A DNA stretch of 37,968 nucleotides from an uncultured Clostridia bacterium. GTDB taxonomy: Bacteria; Bacillota; Clostridia; Christensenellales; UBA1242. The stretch spans positions 1 through 37,968 of the forward strand of contig CALVZZ010000048.1 of NCBI GenBank assembly GCA_944372715.1, read 5' to 3'. Each line of letters starts with the position of its first letter. Within the stretch, counting starts at the first letter, position 1. Below, in pieces: positions 16,407-25,271 of this stretch. The position numbers and the translations under genes were made by a program. The notes under the pieces are model-generated. The model was not told where the DNA came from. It saw only the letters and a program-made list of their open reading frames with translations, and ran no database searches.

Positions 16407-18974
16407 CTATTCATTATCAAAATTTTCATCATTGTTAGTGTCTGTAACTTCTGTATTTTCTTTTAATTCATCAACTTGCACAGCATTATCTGTTATTTGT
16501 TTATCATCATCTTCATTTTGTTCTTCTTCGTGTTCCGTCACTGCAAAAGCAACAAGCTTTGCATTGTCTCTGAGTTTCATCACCCTTACTCCCTGACTAA
16601 CACGACCGATAATACTAATATCCTTAACAGGAGTTCTTATAACTATTCCACTATCTGCAATAAGCATTAAGTCGTCATTTTCACAAGCTTGAACAAGTCC
16701 AACAAGATTACCTGTTTTTTCATTGAAAATACCTGCTTTTACACCCTTTGCGCCACGAGATGTCAACCTATATTCGCTTGCAGGTGTTCTTTTACCATAA
16801 CCATTTTCTGAAATTGTAACAACCATACTATCAGGTTTTACAATTGCCATACTAACAACATTTTCTCCTTCATCTAGGGTCATACTTTTAACACCTAAAC
16901 TATCTCTACCAACTTCTCTGACATCTTTAACACTAAATCTTGCACATTTACCACTTGTTGAAGCTATTAAAACTTCTTCTTCACCACTTATATAGCTTAC
17001 CCCTATAAGTTCATCTCCTTCATTAAGTTTTATTGCAATTTTCCCAGACTTCCTTATATTTTCATATTCAGACAATTTTGTCTTCTTTATAAGTCCTTTT
17101 TTGGTTGCCATTATTAATGAACCCTGTCCTTCCTTATCCTTTGGCATTGGAACAATTTCAGAAATCTTTTCATCTTGTGATACTTGTAATAAATTTATCA
17201 TTGCTCTACCCTTTGCCTGTCTTGAAGATTCAGGAACTTCATATGCCTTTATGCTATAAACTTTTCCTAAGTTGGATAACATTAACAAATCCGAATGTGA
17301 ACTTGTAATATATACCTTTTCAACAAAATCTTCATCTTTCGTTTTATGAGCCGTAATTCCAACTCCACCACGACGCTGAGCTTTATATTCACTTGCACTC
17401 ATTCTTTTAATATAACCTTGATGGGTCATAGAAATTACAACATCTTCTTCTTCTATTAAGTCAGCTATATCAATTCCACCTAAGTCCAAACTAATTTCTG
17501 TTCTTCTTGGTGTACCATATTTCTGCTTAACCTCTTCAAGTTCTCCCCTAATTATTTGTAGTATTTTTTGTGGGCTTTGCAAAATACTATTAAGCTCTGC
17601 AATCAAGCTTTCAATCTCTTTAAGTTCTTCATTAAGTTTTTCAACTTCCAAGCTTGTAAGTCTGGATAGCTTCATTTCAAGAATTGCATTTGCTTGTTTT
17701 TCAGAAAGTTCAAAATTTTCCATCAGCTTTTGCATAGCTTCTTGTTTATCTAACGAGTTTTTAATAATCTTGATTACTTCGTCAATATTAGCAAGCGCTA
17801 TAACCAAGCCTTTTAAAATGTGTGCTCTTTCTTCTGCCTTTCCTAAATCAAACTTCGTTTTTCTTATCAAAACATCTTTTTGATGTTCCAAATAATAATA
17901 CAAAATTTCTTTAAGATTTAAAATTCTTGGTTCTTTTCCGACCAAAGCTAACATTATAATTCCACTACTTACTTGAAGTTGAGTGTGTTTGTAAAGCATA
18001 TTCAAAACAACTTGAGCATTAGCATCTTTCTTCACATCAACCACAACTCTCATACCATCACGGTCAGATTCTTCCTTGATATCAGAAATACCTTCAAGCC
18101 TTTTATTTTTAACAAGTTCTGCCATCTGCATTATAAATCTTGCCTTGTTAACTTGATAAGGAAGCTCTGTTATGATGATTCTTTGTCTGTTTCCTTCTTC
18201 TACAATTTCTGCTCTGCCTCTTACAACAATTCCACCTTTACCTGTCCTATATGCGTGTTTAACTGCCGTTCTTCCCATAACTATACCACCCGTTGGATAG
18301 TCTGGTGCAGGTATGATTTTAATCAAATCATCAATATCAATATCTGGGTTATCAATTAGAGCTTGGACACCGTTAATAACTTCAATTAGGTTATGTGGTG
18401 GAATATTTGTTGCCATACCAACAGCAATTCCATCTGCCCCGTTTACAAGAAGATTTGGGAATTTTGCTGGTAAAACTCTTGGTTGCATTAAAGTTTCATC
18501 AAAGTTTGGATAGAAATCAACTGTATCTTTATCAATATCTTTTAACATTTCAGAAGCTATTGGTGAAAGTCTTGCCTCCGTATAACGCTGAGCAGCAGGA
18601 CTATCGCCATCAACAGAACCAAAATTTCCGTGACCATCAACAAGTGGTTCACGAATTGAAAAGTCCTGAGCAAGCCTTACCAAAGCGTCATAGACAGAAC
18701 TATCACCGTGAGGGTGATATTTACCCATAACTTCACCAACAATTCTTGCGCATTTTTTATAAGGTTTGTCAGAAAAGTTATTCAATTCTCCCATTGAAAA
18801 CAGTATTCTTCTATGAACAGGCTTTAAGCCATCACGAACATCAGGTATTGCTCTTGATACATTTACAGCCATAGCATAAGAAATAAAAGATTTTTTCAAC
18901 TCATCTTCCACTTCAATCTTTTTTACTGTTGTGTCTTTAAAAATTTCTTCTAAACTTTTTTTGTCTTTTTCCAT
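16407..18974 (-). CDS. gyrA: DNA gyrase subunit A
   Basis: 'YAMAVNVSRAIPDVRDGLKPVHRRILF', active-site region 'AAQRYTEARL', and C-terminal beta-pinwheel repeats. It ends in an acidic ~45-aa tail. Confidence 0.97.
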   Translation of the reverse strand: MEKDKKSLEEIFKDTTVKKIEVEDELKKSFISYAMAVNVSRAIPDVRDGLKPVHRRILFSMGELNNFSDKPYKKCARIVGEVMGKYHPHGDSSVYDALVRLAQDFSIREPLVDGHGNFGSVDGDSPAAQRYTEARLSPIASEMLKDIDKDTVDFYPNFDETLMQPRVLPAKFPNLLVNGADGIAVGMATNIPPHNLIEVINGVQALIDNPDIDIDDLIKIIPAPDYPTGGIVMGRTAVKHAYRTGKGGIVVRGRAEIVEEGNRQRIIITELPYQVNKARFIMQMAELVKNKRLEGISDIKEESDRDGMRVVVDVKKDANAQVVLNMLYKHTQLQVSSGIIMLALVGKEPRILNLKEILYYYLEHQKDVLIRKTKFDLGKAEERAHILKGLVIALANIDEVIKIIKNSLDKQEAMQKLMENFELSEKQANAILEMKLSRLTSLEVEKLNEELKEIESLIAELNSILQSPQKILQIIRGELEEVKQKYGTPRRTEISLDLGGIDIADLIEEEDVVISMTHQGYIKRMSASEYKAQRRGGVGITAHKTKDEDFVEKVYITSSHSDLLMLSNLGKVYSIKAYEVPESSRQAKGRAMINLLQVSQDEKISEIVPMPKDKEGQGSLIMATKKGLIKKTKLSEYENIRKSGKIAIKLNEGDELIGVSYISGEEEVLIASTSGKCARFSVKDVREVGRDSLGVKSMTLDEGENVVSMAIVKPDSMVVTISENGYGKRTPASEYRLTSRGAKGVKAGIFNEKTGNLVGLVQACENDDLMLIADSGIVIRTPVKDISIIGRVSQGVRVMKLRDNAKLVAFAVTEHEEEQNEDDDKQITDNAVQVDELKENTEVTDTNNDENFDNE

Positions 18975-18975
18975 A

Positions 18976-19263
18976 CTACACCTTTTTTAAAGTTCTTTCA
19001 ATTTTCGCTTTTCTTATTGTATTGATTAAATCGCTATCAAACAAAATTTCAAGTTGTTCAACACAATTTAAAACATCGGCAATTTCTTCGTTTATATTTG
19101 GTAAAACATCTTCAACGCTTTTTTCATTAAAATTTTTATATCTTAAATATTTACACAGTTCTTTTGTAAGCTCACTCATTTCTTCAATTGCCATCATAAT
19201 TTGAGCATCTTCACCCCAAACATCTAAAAACTTTTTATATGCTTGTTCAAACTCCTTATTCAT
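18976..19263 (-). CDS. Small MazG-like all-alpha NTP pyrophosphohydrolase family protein
   Basis: A 95-aa ORF with a GGGGGA SD. It has two acidic helix motifs typical of MazG-type domains: 'AIEEMSELTKEL' (E-E-x-x-E) and 'INEEIADVLNCVEQL' (E-E-x-x-D). Its start is 8 nt after the gyrB stop and its stop is 1 nt before the gyrA ATG. Confidence 0.6.
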   Translation of the reverse strand: MNKEFEQAYKKFLDVWGEDAQIMMAIEEMSELTKELCKYLRYKNFNEKSVEDVLPNINEEIADVLNCVEQLEILFDSDLINTIRKAKIERTLKKV

Positions 19264-19271
19264 ATATCCCC

Positions 19272-21203
<1,932 letters not shown>

Positions 21204-21263
21204 TTAAAAAACAACTTACCATACTTCCAAAAAGGATTTTAATGGCTCATTTTTAGCATATAT

Positions 21264-21292
21264 ATTATAATATACTTTAATAGAAATGTAAA
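21264..21292 (-). promoter_or_regulatory. Sigma-70-type promoter for gyrB
   Basis: The minus strand reads TTTACA (21292-21287), a 17-nt spacer, then consensus TATAAT (21269-21264), about 70 nt upstream of the gyrB ATG. Confidence 0.55.
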
Positions 21293-21334
21293 GAAAAAAG
21301 TAAAATAAAAAGTGATTAAAAATGTAAATAATAC

Positions 21335-21363
21335 TTGCAAATCGTAAAACATTGTGTTAGAAT
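21335..21363 (+). promoter_or_regulatory. Sigma-70-type promoter for rpsF-ssb-rpsR
   Basis: TTGCAA (21335-21340), a 17-nt spacer ending in TGT (extended -10-like), then TAGAAT (21358-21363). The leader to ATG 21440 is ~70 nt. Confidence 0.6.
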
Positions 21364-21439
21364 TTAGCAGTCTTTAAAAAATTAAAGCACTTCTTGTTTT
21401 CGAAAGAAAACCTAAATTAGACCAAAAGGAGGATTTAAG

Positions 21440-21721
21440 ATGAATAAGTATGAACTTTTATACATCATTTCAGCAGATTTAGCAGAAGATAAGCGTGAAG
21501 CTTTAATCGAAAAATTTAAAGCATATGTTGAAAATAAAAATGGTGTTGTTGAAGGGATTGACAGATGGGGAATTAAAAAATTTGCTTATCCTATCAATTT
21601 TAAAAACGAAGGTTTTTATGTGTTAATGAACTTTTCAGCACAACCAGAAGTTGTTAATGAAATGAATAACCTTATGAACATAACAGACAACATAGTTCGT
21701 CAAATGTTTGTAGCAAAATAA
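21440..21721 (+). CDS. rpsF: 30S ribosomal protein S6
   Basis: 'MNKYELLYII...', 'WGIKKFAYPI', with an AAAGGAGGA SD and the conserved rpsF-ssb-rpsR context. Confidence 0.95.
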   Translation: MNKYELLYIISADLAEDKREALIEKFKAYVENKNGVVEGIDRWGIKKFAYPINFKNEGFYVLMNFSAQPEVVNEMNNLMNITDNIVRQMFVAK

Positions 21722-21732
21722 TAGGAGAAATT

Positions 21733-22143
21733 ATGAATAAAGTTATTTTAGTTGGGAATCTAACAAAGGACCCAGAACTTGCAACAACAAATAGTGGTGT
21801 TTCTGTTTGCAGATTTGTTTTAGCTGTTGGTAGAAGATATCAAAATGCTGACGGAGAAAGAGAAACAGACTTTATTAATATTGTTGTGTGGAGAGGTCAA
21901 GCAGAAAACTGTCATAAGTACTTGAAAAAAGGCAGTAAATGTGGTGTTGTTGGAGTTCTTCAAACTAGAAGTTATGACGCCCAAGATGGCTCAAAAAGAT
22001 ATATTACAGAAGTTATAGCTGATGAAGTAGAATTTTTGAACACAAAAGCTTCTGGGGACTCAGCTGACTATAAGGAATCAAACACGAAGAGAGCTGATGT
22101 AGCCGACCTTGAACCAGTTGACGACGACAGCTTACCATTCTAA
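21733..22143 (+). CDS. ssb: Single-stranded DNA-binding protein
   Basis: OB-fold N-terminus 'MNKVILVGNLTKDPEL...TDFINIVVWRGQAEN' and an acidic C-terminal tip 'DDDSLPF'. Confidence 0.95.
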   Translation: MNKVILVGNLTKDPELATTNSGVSVCRFVLAVGRRYQNADGERETDFINIVVWRGQAENCHKYLKKGSKCGVVGVLQTRSYDAQDGSKRYITEVIADEVEFLNTKASGDSADYKESNTKRADVADLEPVDDDSLPF

Positions 22144-22155
22144 AAGGAGAATAAA

Positions 22156-22410
22156 ATGACAGAAGTTGTAAAAGAAGAAAAGGCTAAGAAATTTAAACGC
22201 CCTTCAAAGAAAAAAGTATGCGCTTTTTTTACAGATAAATCTTCTGCAATAGATTATAAAGATGTTGCAAAATTAAGAAGATATATAACTGAAAAAGGCA
22301 AAATTCTTCCAAGACGCCAAACAGGTACTTGTTCAACTCACCAAAGAGAACTTGCAATTGCAATTAAAAGAGCAAGAATAATGGCATTACTTCCATTTAA
22401 GGGGGAATAA
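22156..22410 (+). CDS. rpsR: 30S ribosomal protein S18
   Basis: '[43 protein letters not shown]' with an AAGGAGA SD. Confidence 0.95.
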   Translation: MTEVVKEEKAKKFKRPSKKKVCAFFTDKSSAIDYKDVAKLRRYITEKGKILPRRQTGTCSTHQRELAIAIKRARIMALLPFKGE

Positions 22411-22418
22411 AACTCATA

Positions 22419-22448
22419 ACACAGCTTGTACATTAGCTGTGTTTTTTA
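22419..22448 (+). terminator. Intrinsic terminator of rpsF-ssb-rpsR
   Basis: acacagct (22419-22426) pairs with agctgtgt (22435-22442), followed by T5. Confidence 0.6.
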
Positions 22449-22449
22449 T

Positions 22450-22486
22450 AAAAAAAGGACAAAAGTTTAAGCTTTTGTCCTTTTTA
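22450..22486. terminator. Second hairpin, a bidirectional terminator serving the convergent AT-hook gene
   Basis: ggacaaaag (22457-22465) pairs with cttttgtcc (22472-22480). It is flanked by A7 upstream and T5 downstream, 2 nt from the stop at 22488. Confidence 0.6.
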
Positions 22487-22487
22487 A

Positions 22488-25151
22488 TTATTTATTATCG
22501 TCATTATTTTCTGTTGTTTGAACAGAATCTTGAACATTGTCAATAGATGGATTATCTGATTGAGATGTTTCAGTATTATCTAATTGTGAAAGTGTTATAC
22601 CTAAAGCATTATTTAATTCTGCTTGTTGACGTTGCAATTTTAAATTTTCTTCCAAAATTTGCTCATTAAGTCTTTTTATTTCATCTAAACTGTCCTGAGT
22701 TTTTCTTGGTCTACCACGTTTTTTAGCTTGCTTTGGTGATTGCTCTGATTCAGACTGTACTTTTTTTGGTCTTCCACGCTTCTTTGGTTCTACTGTTTCA
22801 GAACTTTCAGTTTCAACTTTTCTTGGTCTACCACGCTTTGCAGGAGTGGTTTCTTCTGTAACATTTTTCTTTGGACGACCAACTTTTCTTGATGTTGACG
22901 AATTTTTTGCTGGTCTACCAACCTTATTTTCTGATGTCGCATCCTTTTTAGGTCTACCTACTTTATTTTTTACTTTACCTTCTTCTTGTTGCTCTTCAAC
23001 TTTTCTAGGTCTACCTCTACCCTTCTTTGGTTTTTGATCTTCTTCGGTTTGAACTTTTCTTGGTCTTCCACGTTTTTTAGTCACATTTTCAGTTTCATTT
23101 GCACCTTCATCTTGAACCTTTTTAGGTCTGCCTCGTCTTTTAGGTTGAGTTTCATCAACCTTCTCTGTTGCTTCCTTCCTAGGTCTACCACGTTTCTTTG
23201 GTTCTACCACATCAACATTTTCAGTTTCAACTTTTCTTGGTCTACCACGTTTCTTAACTTCTTTATGTTCTTCATTTTCTTGTTCATTTTCTTGAACAGA
23301 TTCGTCAATTTCATTGCTTTCAGAAGATTCTTCAACTACATTTTCTTGATCGGTTATCCCTTCAAGCTGATTCTCCTCATCGCTCAGATTTTCCACAGGT
23401 TGTTGTTCTATATTTTCTTCTTGTACAACATTATTTTCATTGTTTTCAGGTGGGAAATAATTACCATCTTTATCATAAACACCACCAAACTCATCGTGAT
23501 AATTGCCATCTGGGTCGTAATATGTACCATTTGCGTATCTATAATAACCTTGGTCATCATAATAGCCACCATACTCGTCATATACAGGTTCTTCGTTAGC
23601 TTGCTCTGATTGTTGAGCAGAATCTACCTGTTGAGCCACATCATCATCTTGTTGAGTTTCTGCTGTTTCGCTTTTACTATCCTTTTTGCCAACTTTAACC
23701 TTTTTAGCCTCTTCTCTTAAAGCTTCATTAAAGTATTCGTATTCACCATTAGATACACCTGCATTGTCAAGAGCTTTCCTAAGATCTGCAATTTCCTTTT
23801 TTTGTGCTTCTATTGTGAAATTTGCCTGTTGCAATTCTTCGGATATACCATCTTTTAATTGGATGATAGCTTGTTTTTCTCCATTAACTTTATCTTCAAT
23901 AGATTTGTCAATTTGGTCATAAACTTTCTTAGAGAATGTTTCATATTCAGCCTTCATAGCTTCTTCAACAAACTTTCTTCTCTCTTCAAGTTCTGCCCTT
24001 TTGTTTGATATTTCAGTTTGGAGTGCTTGTACTTCATTGTTAAATCTTACAGTTGAATCATCAAAATCTCTTTCCAACTGCTCTTGCTTCTTGATTTCAT
24101 CTTGCTGTTGTTTTTTGATGTAGTTTCCTTCAATACGGTTTGTTGATTCTTCCTGTTGCTTTCTTAACCTATCAACATTTTCCTTACTTGCTTGAAGTTT
24201 TCTCTGATAATCTTTTTGTGTATTTTCATAGTTTCTTTTCAAACTTTCAACTTCACTTTCAAACTGTTGAATTTCTCCTAGGGTTCTTTGTCTGAAATTC
24301 AAATATGTTTCAGTTTCCTTCATAGCTCTATCAAGAACTAAGCTTCCATCAATTCCCATACTTGAAAAATCAAAAACTTCGTGTTCAACTGCATTAAGTC
24401 TTGCCTTTTCAAGTTCTTCTTGTTCTTGCCTTGCTCTCTTTTCCAAATATTCATTAAGAACAGAAATTCCCTTTTTAATTTCTTTCCTTGTGAAAAGAAC
24501 TTCAAAGTCAACATATTCAGGCATTGTTGTTACAGCTTTATCCATCTTTCTATCAAAATAATGAAAATACAAATAAAACTTACTTATATTTCTATCTTGC
24601 CTTGCCCTTAATAGCATTATAAAAATTACATTGATAATGAAAATTATTGATGGTATAACAAGAACTTGTGCAAATTCAAGAGCAGAAAAAGCTGATGATG
24701 AAACATAAGCTAAACCAATCACAAACGACACTGCCATTATCGCATAATTGATTGCCCCCAAATTCTTTATATTTGAAGAAAATGAACTTGTTCTTAAAGG
24801 CTTTTCAATAATATTATATGGAGACATATAAAAACTTGGATCTTTTTCTCTATATAACATATATTGATGCCAATGGTATCTTAATAACTTTGGTGTCTTT
24901 TTCATCAAATTATTAAATTCAATCAAATTATTTTGGTCAATAAATTGATTTGTGTTTAACCACCTATTAAGTTTATATAAAATTCTTTCCATTCTCATTT
25001 CATAACTAAAACTTGACTTAATTATGAAAAATACAATCATAAGAAGTTCAAAGCCAACTGCCAAATAAAACAAAATGTCCCAAGTGATAGTCCCAGCCAA
25101 ACCTGTCAAGAACTTTCTTATTTCCAAAACTATATCTGCCAACCCTGACAT
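22488..25151 (-). CDS. Large membrane-anchored coiled-coil protein with a C-terminal array of 11 AT-hook motifs (887 aa); no characterised homologue known to me
   Basis: Track ORF starts at TTG 25205. I prefer ATG 25151 (MSGLADIV), preceded by AAGGGGGAA. There are three hydrophobic segments in the first ~200 aa. A long E/K/Q-rich heptad-like region follows, then a Tyr/Gly/Asp-rich stretch and an acidic stretch. Then come 11 copies of [KR][KRV]GRP[RKA]K. Confidence 0.8.
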   Translation of the reverse strand: MSGLADIVLEIRKFLTGLAGTITWDILFYLAVGFELLMIVFFIIKSSFSYEMRMERILYKLNRWLNTNQFIDQNNLIEFNNLMKKTPKLLRYHWHQYMLYREKDPSFYMSPYNIIEKPLRTSSFSSNIKNLGAINYAIMAVSFVIGLAYVSSSAFSALEFAQVLVIPSIIFIINVIFIMLLRARQDRNISKFYLYFHYFDRKMDKAVTTMPEYVDFEVLFTRKEIKKGISVLNEYLEKRARQEQEELEKARLNAVEHEVFDFSSMGIDGSLVLDRAMKETETYLNFRQRTLGEIQQFESEVESLKRNYENTQKDYQRKLQASKENVDRLRKQQEESTNRIEGNYIKKQQQDEIKKQEQLERDFDDSTVRFNNEVQALQTEISNKRAELEERRKFVEEAMKAEYETFSKKVYDQIDKSIEDKVNGEKQAIIQLKDGISEELQQANFTIEAQKKEIADLRKALDNAGVSNGEYEYFNEALREEAKKVKVGKKDSKSETAETQQDDDVAQQVDSAQQSEQANEEPVYDEYGGYYDDQGYYRYANGTYYDPDGNYHDEFGGVYDKDGNYFPPENNENNVVQEENIEQQPVENLSDEENQLEGITDQENVVEESSESNEIDESVQENEQENEEHKEVKKRGRPRKVETENVDVVEPKKRGRPRKEATEKVDETQPKRRGRPKKVQDEGANETENVTKKRGRPRKVQTEEDQKPKKGRGRPRKVEEQQEEGKVKNKVGRPKKDATSENKVGRPAKNSSTSRKVGRPKKNVTEETTPAKRGRPRKVETESSETVEPKKRGRPKKVQSESEQSPKQAKKRGRPRKTQDSLDEIKRLNEQILEENLKLQRQQAELNNALGITLSQLDNTETSQSDNPSIDNVQDSVQTTENNDDNK
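22689..23255 (-). repeat. Imperfect tandem coding repeats (period ~39-63 nt) encoding the AT-hook array
   Basis: The plus-strand core 'cttggtctaccacg(t/c)tt' and variants (ggtcttccacg, ggtctacctac, ggtctgcctcg, ggacgaccaac) recur 11 times. Each encodes K/R-G-R-P-R/K-K on the minus strand. Confidence 0.8.
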
Positions 25152-25191
25152 ATTTCCCCCTTTTATTACAAAAAGATTTAAAATCAATGTT

Positions 25192-25220
25192 AGTATAACA
25201 CACAAAATTATTTTTAACTA
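25192..25220 (-). promoter_or_regulatory. Candidate extended -10 promoter for the AT-hook gene
   Basis: The minus strand reads TGTTATACT (TGn + TATACT, hexamer at 25197-25192), about 40 nt upstream of ATG 25151. The -35 is poor (TAGTTA at 17-nt spacing). Confidence 0.35.
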
Positions 25221-25271
25221 ATATTTTTTGACAATTTTTTAATATTTTTTAATTATTTTTTTAATATTTTT

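Noticed and set aside
22689-23255. Regularly spaced ~16-nt repeats that could superficially suggest a CRISPR-like array
   Set aside because: The repeats are imperfect and the spacing is variable (39-63 nt). The whole region is in frame within a long ORF, and each unit encodes the same K-R-G-R-P-R-K peptide. These are coding repeats, not a CRISPR array.
22986-23609. Plus-strand 207-aa ORF (also 22846..23037, 23686..23922, 24381..24611) opposite the AT-hook gene
   Set aside because: These are antisense shadows of a long low-complexity K/E/R-rich gene. The translations are F/L/S-rich nonsense, and the minus-strand frame is continuous for 887 codons with strong motif content.
25152-25205. N-terminal extensions of track ORFs: 25205 for the AT-hook gene, 755 for the ABC gene, 13976 for rnj, 35763 for glmS, 7833 for thyX, 28604 for addA, 35205 for the small membrane protein
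   Set aside because: Each extension starts at TTG/GTG or lacks an SD. An internal ATG with a good SD (or the conserved protein N-terminus, for example MCGIFGY for GlmS) follows, so I used the internal starts.
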